NCBI GenBank assembly: GCA_016209015.1
Contig: JACQWY010000028.1
Coordinates: 13,356-77,355, forward strand
From: Gammaproteobacteria bacterium
GTDB lineage: Bacteria; Pseudomonadota; Gammaproteobacteria; Ga0077536
Length of the DNA: 64,000 bases
Direction: 5' to 3'
Of the stretch, positions 26,515-35,760 are shown one piece after another. The notes beneath the pieces are model-generated. The model did no database searches. It was not told where the DNA came from and saw only the letters and a program-made list of their open reading frames with translations. The translations under genes were made by a program, and so were the position numbers. Every line of letters begins with the position of its first letter. The stretch's first letter is position 1.

Positions 26515-26814
26515 ATGGAAACCCCAGTTGCACAGACCGAGGACGCGACTTCGTTCGAACGCGAAGTCGTTCCCGGTGAACCCCGAGCGCTCGCGGAGCG
26601 CCGCTCGCACGCCTGGAAGCAGCGCGAGCGCATGGCGTGGGTCGCGACCATCACGATTGCGATCACGATGATTGTCCCGCTTGGGCACGACGTGACGGCC
26701 GGGAGCTCGGGCATCATCAGCAACGGACAATGGGCATTCGCGGTCGTTCTGTTGGTTTTCGTCGGCGGCAAAGCGGCTGTCGAGGCGCTCGTCTCGATCC
26801 GCGGTATCAAGTGA
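26515..26814 (+). CDS. two-TM holin-like protein (99 aa)
   Basis: two hydrophobic helices; sits between the endolysin and the spanins. Confidence 0.5.
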   Translation: METPVAQTEDATSFEREVVPGEPRALAERRSHAWKQRERMAWVATITIAITMIVPLGHDVTAGSSGIISNGQWAFAVVLLVFVGGKAAVEALVSIRGIK

Positions 26815-27179
26815 TGTTCGGGCTCACCGCAAAGATGCAGGCCGTCGTCGCGGGGATCCTCGTGGCGATCATCATCGGCCTCGGGATCTCCCTGTTCGTG
26901 GAATGGGGGCGCGTTAAGGTGCTCGAGGTCAAGGTCGCGAGCGCGCAGACCGACGCCGTCGCTTACAAGGCGACGATCGACAAGTTCAGCACCGAGAATC
27001 GCAACCTCGCCGATTCCATTCGCGCGCAGGATGCCCGCATCGAGCGCATGAAAGCAGACCAGGACCGCGCACAGTCGGAGGCCGACGCACGAGCTCGAGC
27101 CGCGCTGGGGCGCAAGGTGGCCGTTCCCGAAACGCACGGACCGGACACGCTCAATCTATGGTGGGGGCGCTTGCAGTGA
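26814..27179 (+). CDS. i-spanin (Rz-like): N-terminal TM plus periplasmic coiled-coil
   Basis: MFGLTAKMQAVVAGILVAIIIGLGISLFV then a charged helical region; ATGA-coupled. Confidence 0.6.
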   Translation: MFGLTAKMQAVVAGILVAIIIGLGISLFVEWGRVKVLEVKVASAQTDAVAYKATIDKFSTENRNLADSIRAQDARIERMKADQDRAQSEADARARAALGRKVAVPETHGPDTLNLWWGRLQ

Positions 27180-27505
27180 CACGCCGCGCGACTGTTTACC
27201 TCCTGGCAGTGGCGTGGCTCGCGGGCTGCACGCACACCCCGCCGCCACCCCCCGTCGAGCATGCTGTCAAAGTCGATATGCCCGTAGTCATGCCGTGCAA
27301 ACCGATCCCGGAATTGCTGGCTCCGCTCGATCTGCCCACGCCGCACGCGCACCGGCCCTGGCAGACCGAGACCTGCCCGCCCGGCGCCGACTGCGCCGTG
27401 GTCTCCGGGCTCTACGCCGCCGATGAGAGCGCGCTGATGATGCGCGAGGCGCTGTTGTGGGCACGACTCCAGTCGTGGATTGCCTGGGGCGGCTGCCGGC
27501 CGTGA
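27158..27505 (+). CDS. o-spanin (Rz1-like) proline-rich lipoprotein, overlapping the i-spanin 3' end
   Basis: lipobox LAGC, PPPPP tract, Cys-rich. Confidence 0.55.
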   Translation: MVGALAVTRRATVYLLAVAWLAGCTHTPPPPPVEHAVKVDMPVVMPCKPIPELLAPLDLPTPHAHRPWQTETCPPGADCAVVSGLYAADESALMMREALLWARLQSWIAWGGCRP

Positions 27506-27753
27506 TGCACTGGCGCCTCCAATCGCATTTGGGGCGGAACGTCCTCTGGGAATGGCTGGAGAGCGTGGACGGGGTTTATCTCGTCTGGAAGCACCGCACG
27601 CACGACGGCAGCGCCCGCTACGGCCTCGAACGTCGCAACGAGTGCGGGCAGTGGGAAGCCCTGAGCGGCCACGACTCCAGCGAGGAGGCGAAGGCCGCGG
27701 CGGAAGCAGGCCGCGAGGCGCGCGTCGCCGCGAAGCGACGGCACGCCGCATGA
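27505..27753 (+). CDS. hypothetical protein (82 aa)
   Basis: ATGA-coupled to the o-spanin stop. Confidence 0.3.
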   Translation: MHWRLQSHLGRNVLWEWLESVDGVYLVWKHRTHDGSARYGLERRNECGQWEALSGHDSSEEAKAAAEAGREARVAAKRRHAA

Positions 27754-27759
27754 GCGCGA

Positions 27760-28083
27760 TTATCTGGATTGAGGCGGCGCAATAGCCGACTCGACCGCCG
27801 CGGCGGTTTTCGAATCGCCCAACAGCACCTCGAGCACGATGCGCCGCATGTGGTGCTGCACGCCCTCGGGAATCGAGCGGCGTGCGTTGCGCCACTCGCC
27901 CAGCCGGGAGAGCGTGTAGGCGCCATCCGTGGCCACATTGAGCAGGCTCAGGCCGTCGCTCAGCGTGCCGTGTGCGAGCGTGACGGCCTGCCACGCCGCC
28001 ACGAGGTCGGGGCCTAAGGCGGCCGCCTGCTCGCGCAGACGGGCACGCCAGTTGCGGTTCGGGTGGTTCATCCGATTTCCCAC
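27760..28083 (-). CDS. moron operon gene 3 (107 aa), paralog of 29319..29606
   Basis: ...LGPDLVAAWQAVTLAHGTLSDGLSLLNV...W.NARRSIPEGVQHHMRRIVLEVLL aligns with the other copy. Confidence 0.4.
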   Translation of the reverse strand: MGNRMNHPNRNWRARLREQAAALGPDLVAAWQAVTLAHGTLSDGLSLLNVATDGAYTLSRLGEWRNARRSIPEGVQHHMRRIVLEVLLGDSKTAAAVESAIAPPQSR

Positions 28084-28265
28084 GATTCGCGCGGCTCGGC
28101 GAGCGCGGCGAATGCCTCGGCTTGTTCGGTCGGCTTGGTGCGCTCGTACGCGAGCAGCGCGTCATGCGCTGCGCTCAATGCGCTTTCGATCGCCTCCGTG
28201 ACGTTCGGACCGGAAAGAATCGCGCCAAGCGCGGATCGGGCTTTTACGACTTTCTGCATATCCAT
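28068..28265 (-). CDS. moron operon gene 2 (65 aa)
   Basis: ORF track. Confidence 0.35.
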   Translation of the reverse strand: MDMQKVVKARSALGAILSGPNVTEAIESALSAAHDALLAYERTKPTEQAEAFAALAEPRESWEIG

Positions 28266-28312
28266 TTTCGTATCCTCCGAAAAAGGCGCCCGATGGGCCG
28301 GGCGCCGTGGGG

Positions 28313-28990
28313 TTAGATCGATCCGCCGAGAAACTGCACGCGGCGATAGTGCTCGGCGTAGTCATTCCAGCCGCCGACGCCGGGGTACTCGTAGCACCCC
28401 ACCGAGTCGTGGATCGCCTCGCGGATGCGGCGCTCCAGCTCATCCGCGATGGAGCCGTGGATGAGCACATCGTTTGCGGCGGCCTCGGCCTCCAGGCCGG
28501 CGACGGCCTCGGCCAGGGTGGCGTACCGCCGCATGTACTCGGAATCCGGGCAGCACGCGAGGTAGTCGCCGGCCGCCCAGATCTGCGCGAGGTTTGCGGG
28601 GTCCTCGCCGATCGCGTCGAGCATATCCTGAATGCGCTCCCGCGCGTCTACGGCGTCATCCGTGAGGCGCCCGACGTGGTTGTTGCCGTCCCACTTGATT
28701 GAGTGGCCGGCATGCAAAAGCTCGAATTCGGGCCGCAGTTCGTTGAGCACGTCGGCGAGCACGTCGCCGGACACGTAGGGCGATACGCCCCACCGCAGGG
28801 TCCGGGTGTGCCATACGGCCATCGGCAAGCCGCTGCCGGGGTTGTAGCTGGCGGAGACGACTCCGCCGTCGTCCATCTCCACGATCCCGGGCTGCGGGCT
28901 GCTCTGCCCGGGGTACTGGTGATAGAGCGGGGCGCGCTCGGCGCGCAGGGCGTCGGTGCACAGGGTGATGGTTGATTCTGTTGTGGTCAT
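28313..28990 (-). CDS. moron operon gene 1 (225 aa), unknown; C-terminal Rx5H (HEPN-like?) motif
   Basis: GGAG SD; directly downstream of a near-consensus sigma70 promoter; ELERRIREAIHD. Confidence 0.5.
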   Translation of the reverse strand: MTTTESTITLCTDALRAERAPLYHQYPGQSSPQPGIVEMDDGGVVSASYNPGSGLPMAVWHTRTLRWGVSPYVSGDVLADVLNELRPEFELLHAGHSIKWDGNNHVGRLTDDAVDARERIQDMLDAIGEDPANLAQIWAAGDYLACCPDSEYMRRYATLAEAVAGLEAEAAANDVLIHGSIADELERRIREAIHDSVGCYEYPGVGGWNDYAEHYRRVQFLGGSI

Positions 28991-29049
28991 CGGATTTCTC
29001 CGCCCCTGAACCCCGAGGCGCGGGCGCTCTGGTATCAGAGCGTGGTGTA

Positions 29050-29078
29050 ATAATATCCCAGAAGTGGGATAGTGTCAA
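29050..29078 (-). promoter_or_regulatory. near-consensus sigma70 promoter, leftward: TTGACA-17 bp-TATTAT
   Basis: minus strand TTGACActatcccacttctgggaTATTAT, ~55 nt upstream of the ATG at 28990. Confidence 0.55.
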
Positions 29079-29079
29079 G

Positions 29080-29096
29080 CCCCCCCCCTTTTTTTT
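29080..29096. repeat. C9T8 homopolymer tract just upstream of the -35
   Basis: cccccccccttttttttat; a slippage-prone simple repeat. Confidence 0.5.
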
Positions 29097-29318
29097 ATCT
29101 CGATGGAGTCCGCGATGAAGATCCACGCGCCGCCGGAGAGCGGCAACGCCCTCAATGCCGTCGCGCACCAGATCGGCATCGCACCGGAGTCCCCGCCGCC
29201 TCGCGCCAAGCCGAAGAAGGCGCGCGAGGCGACCGGCAAGACGCACGGACTGAATTTATCACTACGCCACTGGTGTAGAGCGAAGCCCGGGGCCTGGAGC
29301 GGCCCCGGGCAGAGCGTA

Positions 29319-29606
29319 TTAGGGCGGGCTCAGAACGGCGGTGAGCGCGGAAGTCGCGCCACCTGACGGGAAGAGAAAGTCGATGACGACCTGTCGCATG
29401 ATGCGCTGAAACCGTTCGGGGACGGGACGCTCGCCGCGTCGCCACTGCCCGAACCGCGCGTGGTCGTACGACGAGCCGAGGCGGGCATTGATGGCCTGCA
29501 GCACGTCGCCGAGGCTGTGCCCATCCGCCTCGACGACAGACTGAAACGCCTCCACGAGGTTAGAGCCGAGCGCTTCCGCGCGGGCCTTGAGCGGATTCGC
29601 CATCAC
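29319..29606 (-). CDS. second leftward operon, last gene (95 aa), paralog of 27760..28083
   Basis: alignment as above; ATGA-coupled. Confidence 0.4.
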   Translation of the reverse strand: MMANPLKARAEALGSNLVEAFQSVVEADGHSLGDVLQAINARLGSSYDHARFGQWRRGERPVPERFQRIMRQVVIDFLFPSGGATSALTAVLSPP

Positions 29607-29866
29607 ACCATTTCCGTGCTGACGGCGGGGAACGGCCATTCGTGGCCGCAGGCGCTGCACTTGAGCGTCGCGCCAGACGCGTCGCCCTCGTAGACGCACG
29701 AGTCGGCGTCGATGAGCACCTTAGGCTTGCGGTTCGCGCCCGGGTGGGGCTCGTCGCACCACAGGATTTCGCTCAGGTCGTAGTACGCCTTGCACGGCTC
29801 GATGTAGAGCATTAGCGCGGGGTCCTCGTTCGAGCACACCGGGCATGCTGCTGGATGCTTGTTCAT
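29603..29866 (-). CDS. zinc-ribbon protein (87 aa; CPVC...CSACGHEW)
   Basis: two CxxC pairs. Confidence 0.4.
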   Translation of the reverse strand: MNKHPAACPVCSNEDPALMLYIEPCKAYYDLSEILWCDEPHPGANRKPKVLIDADSCVYEGDASGATLKCSACGHEWPFPAVSTEMV

Positions 29867-29875
29867 GGGTCCTCC

Positions 29876-30139
29876 TTAGTGGCCGTAGACGGAGTCGTCG
29901 ACCATCACGATGTGGAATTCCGGCGCAGCGCCCCCGCCCATGAGGTAGGGCTCTGCGACGCCGGTCTCGGGTAGCGGACGCAACAGGTCCGCGAGCATTT
30001 CGGCTTCGTCGATTCCGTTCACGGCCGCGAACTCCGCAATCGGCCCCTGCCACGTCATCTCGTACCACTGGATCGCGTCGGTGCGGTGCACGCGGAAAAC
30101 TTGGATATGCGATTGGGTCGTGTGCATGTTCGTCTCCAA
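29876..30139 (-). CDS. hypothetical protein (87 aa)
   Basis: ORF track. Confidence 0.4.
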   Translation of the reverse strand: METNMHTTQSHIQVFRVHRTDAIQWYEMTWQGPIAEFAAVNGIDEAEMLADLLRPLPETGVAEPYLMGGGAAPEFHIVMVDDSVYGH

Positions 30140-30174
30140 GGGGGCGGCGCCCGATGGGCCGGGCGCTGGGGTGG

Positions 30175-30414
30175 TTATTCGTCGCGTGCCGGGACGAGAC
30201 GCAATTTGTCGTAGCCGTAGGGCTCAAGGCGCGCCGAATCGGCGTCTGGGCCATCGCCGTAGCCGCCACCGCATTTGCAGTCGGGCGCCGACGGGCACAG
30301 GGCGCGCTCTACGCGGCGGGTCTGGCTCCGCGATAAGACGAATCCCTCCGCGGGGCCGACGAGCGTGATGCCATAGCGCCCGTGAAAATTATGGCCGGAG
30401 ATTGTGTGCTTCAT
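30175..30414 (-). CDS. hypothetical protein (79 aa)
   Basis: ORF track. Confidence 0.4.
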   Translation of the reverse strand: MKHTISGHNFHGRYGITLVGPAEGFVLSRSQTRRVERALCPSAPDCKCGGGYGDGPDADSARLEPYGYDKLRLVPARDE

Positions 30415-30524
30415 TTCGATTCTCCTGGGCGGAATGCCCGTGTCACTACATTAGGCCAAATCTGGCCTAGTAGTCAAGGCCGACGTTTCTTTGTTTCCCG
30501 AGTCCATCACGCACCCGCGAGGAA

Positions 30525-30767
30525 TTGCGCATGCAAATCAGCGTCAACGAGTTCCCGAAAGAGCGCTACAGCGCCTACTACGAGATGTTCTTCGAGCCGA
30601 GCCTCGAGGGCAGTGGCTTCGACTGGTCGACCCGCATCATGCCGCGCAACGGCGAGGGCATCCTGCAGCAGGAAGCCGGCCTCGCGCCGTCCCGTGACGA
30701 GGCGCTGCTCGCGGCCTCGGAGTGGGTGCGTGAGCACATGATTCCCTATCGCAAGGCGGAGGGCTGA
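30525..30767 (+). CDS. hypothetical protein (80 aa), first gene of the rightward accessory cluster
   Basis: preceded by an AGGCCAaatcTGGCCT palindrome (30453-30468). Confidence 0.4.
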   Translation: MRMQISVNEFPKERYSAYYEMFFEPSLEGSGFDWSTRIMPRNGEGILQQEAGLAPSRDEALLAASEWVREHMIPYRKAEG

Positions 30768-30770
30768 GCC

Positions 30771-31172
30771 ATGGCACTCGGATTTAACGCGACCCTGCGC
30801 ACCGCGCGGGGTCAGAAGATCGCCGATGCCGTCAACGGCGGGGCCGGGGCAGGCAAGCTGCGCATCTACGCGGGCACGCGCCCAGCGACCGGCGGCACCG
30901 CGACCACGCTGCTCGCCGAGCTCACGTTCGCGGACCCGATGGAAGCCTCGGTGTCCTCGGGCGTGCTCACGGCCGACTCGATCATCGGGGATACGTCTGC
31001 CGACGCCACGGGCACCGCGGCGTGGTTCCGGGTGGTGGACTCGACGGGCACGCACGTCATGGATGGCGACGTCGGGACGTCGGGCTCGGACCTCAACCTC
31101 ACGAGCACAAGCATCGTCGCGACCGAGGGCGTGGACGTGACTTCTTTCGTGCTCACCGAGGGTAACGCTTGA
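30771..31172 (+). CDS. structural-paralog-family protein (133 aa), homolog of 51919, 52379 and 33653 products
   Basis: shared ...IYAGT.P......TLLA...GTAAWFRVVD...G.SG.DLNL motif. Confidence 0.5.
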   Translation: MALGFNATLRTARGQKIADAVNGGAGAGKLRIYAGTRPATGGTATTLLAELTFADPMEASVSSGVLTADSIIGDTSADATGTAAWFRVVDSTGTHVMDGDVGTSGSDLNLTSTSIVATEGVDVTSFVLTEGNA

Positions 31173-31210
31173 TCTCTGCTGACGCTCGCGCGGCGCTGCG
31201 GAGGATTATG

Positions 31211-33643
31211 TCGGGAGGCGCGGGCCGGTATCGCGCGATCTTGCGTGTGGTCGCGTTGCTGGCCTGCCTGCCAGGTCTCGCGCTCGCCGCCGGCACGCAG
31301 GGTCGCAGCGCGGCGAACGTCTACGTGGCCCCCCAAGCCACCGACGTCGACGCGAGCGCGGTTGCGAGCGCGAATTTCGACAACGCGTACGGCACGCTGT
31401 CGTTTCGGTGCGGTCAGCAAGGGGTCCTCGTCTGCCAGTCATTCGACGACTCATCGGTATTCGTCAATGCCTCCGGCACCGGCGGCGGCTACGGCTCAGG
31501 ACTCTATCCCAGCGGCCAGGACGGCCAGCTCCACGGCGTCCGCGACACGGCTACGAAGTTTGAGGGTGCGGGATCGCTGCGCTTCGACATTCGAGCCGGC
31601 GCGAACGGCGGTCCAGGAGGGAGCCCTGTCGAGTTCACGACGTTGCCGGCGGGAGAATGGCGCTCGCAATTCGGTCCGGATGGTCAAGCGACGCGCATCG
31701 GCGGAGACAACAGCAAGGTCTACATCCAGTTCAGCTATCGGCTCTCTCCGGAAATGCTCACATTCGACTGGCCGTCGCTCGGGGGGCAGGGCTGGAAAAG
31801 CTTCATCGTCTTCGGGCCGTACAACACGAGCTCCTGCACGTCCGACCAATTCGTGCAGGAAAACAGCAACCAGAAAAACATTCTGATCGGGTACACGCAC
31901 TGCTCGGCTCCGAGTTTGCGCACTCAGCAATCGACGCCCTACAACTACCAGCAAGGAAAATACTCCTGCCCGTACGGCACGAACTACGCGACCGACCCCA
32001 CCTGTCTGCGCTACCAGTCCGACACGTGGATCACCGAATACTGGGTCGTGCACATCGGGCAACTCGGCACGGCGAGCACGACATTCGAGGCGTATGCGAG
32101 TTTCAATCGCGGCCCGTTCGAGAAATTCATCGGGCTGACGGGATTCACGCTCGGCGACTACGACCCGAATCACAACCTCGCGAACTACGTTGGTTTGCAG
32201 ACGATATTGCTGACGCCCTATTTCTCGGGCATCACCACGACGCACTACGACTATCCCGCGGCGTCCGTCTGGTACGACTCACTGATCGTGTCGACGAGTC
32301 CGATCATGATGCCCGGAGGATTCCACATCGGCACGACCCCGGGATGGTACGAGGTCCCTGATTCCTGGCTCTGGCCGTGCCCGACGACGACGTACTCGAC
32401 CGGCATCACGTCGAATATCTGCACCGGCCTCATCGACGCCTGGAACGGCGGCGCGATGGACACGAAGCGGCATCGGCTGTTGCTCCACGGTGGCGGGCAC
32501 CAGGACTATCGCGGTAACGAGGTCTGGGCGATCAACACCGCCGATGGCACGACCCAGAAGTTCATTGAAGCCTCGGACGTCGCATGCGGCGTCGACTCGC
32601 TCGACCCCGCCTCGTACTGGCAGTACGGCACCTATCTGCCGATTGCGGCGACGACAGCGCGCTCGGCGTCCGGCACAACCGCGACGCTGACGCTCTCGGA
32701 TGCCTCGCACTCGAGTCTGGTCGCTGGGCGCACCGTCACGATTCAGGGCATGGGCAACGCGAGCTACAACAAGGCCCACGCGATCCTGACCGCGGTCAAT
32801 CGGGTCGCGAGAACCGTGAGTTACACGATCCCGGCGACGACCGAGACGACAACGGCCGACACCGGCGGGCAAATCGTGGACGAGGCATGCGAGTACTACC
32901 CTGATGGGCGGCCCTCGGCACGCCACAACTACGAGGGGCTCGTCTACGTCGGGCCTCGAGCGGGCGACGCGAACGACTATATGTACGAGCTCGGCGGCTC
33001 ACTGAACGGCCAGGGCCTGAAGCCGGTGCGCGCGAGTTTCGCGATCTGGCGCCTGAACCTCGTCACGAACCAGTGGGAGTCGATGTGGCCCTACAACGGC
33101 ACCGTGATGAACAGCGCGGTGCAGGCGTGCGCGTATCACGCCGCCTACGGCTCGATCTATTGCTGGGACGAATACAACCAGGTCAACCGCTACGAGCTCG
33201 CGACAAACACGATGGACCGCTCGGCCTCGCGCTCGGGCAACTCGGGTCACGCCTCGGTCGCCATCGATCCCGCGCGCAATCAAATGCTGATCATCGGCGA
33301 CAGCACGCTCTACCGCGCTAATCTCGCCCCACCCGGCACACCGCAGGCCAAGGGCGACAACATCACGAGCTCCACGTTCGGCTGCGCGACGATGCTCGCC
33401 CAGCAGAACGCGGGATTCGTCTATGACCCTGTCGACCAGACATTCGTCGCGTGGAACGGCGGGGACACCGTCTGGCGCTTCCATCCGGACTCGCTGGTCT
33501 GCGACACCCTGAGTTATTCGTTCGGTCCCGGCGCGAATGCGCCCTGGGGAGCGTTCTCGCATTTTCAGTACGACCCCTACACGGACGGCTTCATCGTCGT
33601 CACGAACTACAAGCGAAACGCTTTCATCCTCAAGACTCGATAG
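31211..33643 (+). CDS. large secreted (or lipo-)protein: NVYVAP beta-helix-type N-terminus plus C-terminal Kelch-like beta-propeller
   Basis: signal peptide RYRAILRVVALLACLPGLALA; repeated blades such as GLVYVGPRAGD, AYGSIYCWDEYNQ, GFVYDPVDQTFVAWNGGD; the ORF track begins upstream at 31169. Confidence 0.5.
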   Translation, partial: SGGAGRYRAILRVVALLACLPGLALAAGTQGRSAANVYVAPQATDVDASAVASANFDNAYGTLSFRCGQQGVLVCQSFDDSSVFVNASGTGGGYGSGLYPSGQDGQLHGVRDTATKFEGAGSLRFDIRAGANGGPGGSPVEFTTLPAGEWRSQFGPDGQATRIGGDNSKVYIQFSYRLSPEMLTFDWPSLGGQGWKSFIVFGPYNTSSCTSDQFVQENSNQKNILIGYTHCSAPSLRTQQSTPYNYQQGKYSCPYGTNYATDPTCLRYQSDTWITEYWVVHIGQLGTASTTFEAYASFNRGPFEKFIGLTGFTLGDYDPNHNLANYVGLQTILLTPYFSGITTTHYDYPAASVWYDSLIVSTSPIMMPGGFHIGTTPGWYEVPDSWLWPCPTTTYSTGITSNICTGLIDAWNGGAMDTKRHRLLLHGGGHQDYRGNEVWAINTADGTTQKFIEASDVACGVDSLDPASYWQYGTYLPIAATTARSASGTTATLTLSDASHSSLVAGRTVTIQGMGNASYNKAHAILTAVNRVARTVSYTIPATTETTTADTGGQIVDEACEYYPDGRPSARHNYEGLVYVGPRAGDANDYMYELGGSLNGQGLKPVRASFAIWRLNLVTNQWESMWPYNGTVMNSAVQACAYHAAYGSIYCWDEYNQVNRYELATNTMDRSASRSGNSGHASVAIDPARNQMLIIGDSTLYRANLAPPGTPQAKGDNITSSTFGCATMLAQQNAGFVYDPVDQTFVAWNGGDTVWRFHPDSLVCDTLSYSFGPGANAPWGAFSHFQYDPYTDGFIVVTNYKRNAFILKTR

Positions 33644-33652
33644 GAGAACGAC

Positions 33653-34099
33653 ATGACCGCATTGACCGGCAAGGGCGACACGTTCGAGAACGCGATGCTC
33701 AAACTCGTGCTCTGGAATCAGGCGTTCGGCACGTTGTGGGCGGCTGGCGCGCTCGGGAATCTCTGGTGCTCTCTGAACTACGCCGATCCGACTGAAGAGG
33801 GCACCGCGCAGTCTAGTGAAGCCTCGTATCCGTCCTACGCGCGCGCCTCTCTGAACCGCAACGCGGGCAGCTTCACGATCGTCGGCAATGCCGCGAACTT
33901 CGCGGCCGACGTCGCGTTCACGCGCTCGACTGGCGCTGAGCCGAATGGCGGTGGCTCACTCGGATTTTGGACCCTCACGGACGCCGTGAGCGGCGCCTCG
34001 ACCGCCCTCTATGGTGGCCCGCTCTCGGGCGCCATCCCGGTCGGAAGCACCGGTATCGCGCCGATTCTCACGACGGGCACCGTCATCCGCGAAGGCTGA
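33653..34099 (+). CDS. paralog-family protein (148 aa)
   Basis: GGGSLGFWTLTDAVSGASTALYGG... Confidence 0.45.
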   Translation: MTALTGKGDTFENAMLKLVLWNQAFGTLWAAGALGNLWCSLNYADPTEEGTAQSSEASYPSYARASLNRNAGSFTIVGNAANFAADVAFTRSTGAEPNGGGSLGFWTLTDAVSGASTALYGGPLSGAIPVGSTGIAPILTTGTVIREG

Positions 34100-34107
34100 G
34101 ATGATCC

Positions 34108-35760
34108 GTGGCGGTCATCAACTTCGCCGGCTGGAACGCGGGCAGCGTCAACCAGGACGGCGCATCGAGCTCCGGCGGCACGCTGTCGGTCGTCGCCGGC
34201 GCGGGGGCGCGCGGGGAGAACGCACTCCGCTGTAACCCGACCGGCACGAACACCGGCGTATTCGACCTCGGTGGATTCTCGAGCACAGGCCAGCCGACGA
34301 CGTTCTCGGGCCTCGCCGCGCTCTACGGCGGGTTCTGGTTCAAGTATCACTTGGCGCCCGCCACCGGCGACGAGCCGATCGCCGCGTGGTATTCGAGTTC
34401 GAGCGCGCTGCGCGGCGAGCTGCGCCTCAATAGCGGCGGATTTCTCGTGCTCTACGACGCGGCGCTCGTCGCGCGCGGCACGTCAGCGACGCCGCTCGAC
34501 CCCGACACGTGGTATTACATCCGCGGCCGGATGGGCGGCGCGGCCTCGGCGCAAACGCAGATCCAGGTGTGCACGGCGCCGACCTATTCGCCTGTCACGG
34601 TCATCGACTACACCGGGAATTTCGGCGGCACTATCGCGTTCATGCGCCTCGGGAAGGGGGTGAACCGCAACGGAAACGCGGTCGACTTCTACTACGCGGT
34701 CGTCGTCATCGACACGGCGAGTGTTCCGATCCCGCAGTACTACGTGCGAAACGGCCAGCCGACGGCGAACGGCTCGACGTACACGTTCAGCGGCAGCGGC
34801 GCGGGCGCGAACGATTACACGTCGGTGGACGAAGTCATCATCTCGACCGCGGATTACGTGCGCTCCGGCGCGCAGAACGAGCTCGCGCTTTTCGCGATGG
34901 CGAATTGCAGCGCGATGGGCATAGCGAACGGCGACACCATCATCTCCGTGCGTGCCGGCGCCAGCCTGCGCGAGGCGACGGCCGGGGCCTCGGCCTACGT
35001 GCTCCGCATCAAGAGCGGCGCGACGAACAGCGACAACGCAGCGCTCGACCCCGGCACGACGTTCATCCCGCGATTCCGGCTGGTCAACACCGATCCCGCG
35101 ACCGCGACGACGTGGACGCAGAGCGGCGTCGACGGCCTCGAGATCGGCGTGCTCGATTCGAGCACCGGCGGCCGCGTCGACGTCGCGTGGGTCGATCTGG
35201 CGGTGCTCGCCCAGGTCTCGCCAGCGGCGGCCGGCACGGCGGATGCGGGTGCAACCGCGACCGGCGACGCCGGGGCGAACGTCTACGCGTCCGCGACCGT
35301 CGATGCGGGGGCCGACGCGCTCGGTGTGCCACAGACGTACAGCGCGGCCGGCAGTTCGACCGTCATCGCGACGGCGGAAGCCGAAGGCATCGCGGCGATC
35401 GACGTCTCGTCCGACGGCATCGGCGCCGATGCTCAGGCGTCCGTGGCCGCAGACAACTATGCCGACGATCAGTCGTATGCGCTCGCCGCGGGCGTCGCCG
35501 GCACCGAGACGCCGGACACCGTCGCGGCGCTGCTCGCCGACGCGACGCTGAGCGCGAGCGGCAGGCTCACGCACAAAGGCGTGGCCGCGCGCCAGGTCCA
35601 GGACGCGACGTCCACCGGCAGCGGCAGGCTGAAGCACAAGGGCGCGGCTGCGCGGAGCACCGCCAATGCGGCCTCGAACTCCACGGGCCGCGTGCGCAAG
35701 CCTCGCAAGGTCTCGGGCGGCGTCGCCCTCGTGGGGTCCATTCGAGTGGAGTTGCGATAA
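34108..35760 (+). CDS. fibre-like structural protein (550 aa) with C-terminal GRLxHKG repeats
   Basis: GTG start with GAAGG SD; C-terminus SGRLTHKGVAARQ.../SGRLKHKGAAARS. Confidence 0.5.
   Translation: MAVINFAGWNAGSVNQDGASSSGGTLSVVAGAGARGENALRCNPTGTNTGVFDLGGFSSTGQPTTFSGLAALYGGFWFKYHLAPATGDEPIAAWYSSSSALRGELRLNSGGFLVLYDAALVARGTSATPLDPDTWYYIRGRMGGAASAQTQIQVCTAPTYSPVTVIDYTGNFGGTIAFMRLGKGVNRNGNAVDFYYAVVVIDTASVPIPQYYVRNGQPTANGSTYTFSGSGAGANDYTSVDEVIISTADYVRSGAQNELALFAMANCSAMGIANGDTIISVRAGASLREATAGASAYVLRIKSGATNSDNAALDPGTTFIPRFRLVNTDPATATTWTQSGVDGLEIGVLDSSTGGRVDVAWVDLAVLAQVSPAAAGTADAGATATGDAGANVYASATVDAGADALGVPQTYSAAGSSTVIATAEAEGIAAIDVSSDGIGADAQASVAADNYADDQSYALAAGVAGTETPDTVAALLADATLSASGRLTHKGVAARQVQDATSTGSGRLKHKGAAARSTANAASNSTGRVRKPRKVSGGVALVGSIRVELR

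Noticed and set aside
28656-29246. 196-aa minus ORF spanning the moron promoter region
   Set aside because: Its Arg-rich composition is an artefact. The region instead holds a near-consensus sigma70 promoter, a C9T8 tract and the RBS of the 225-aa gene.
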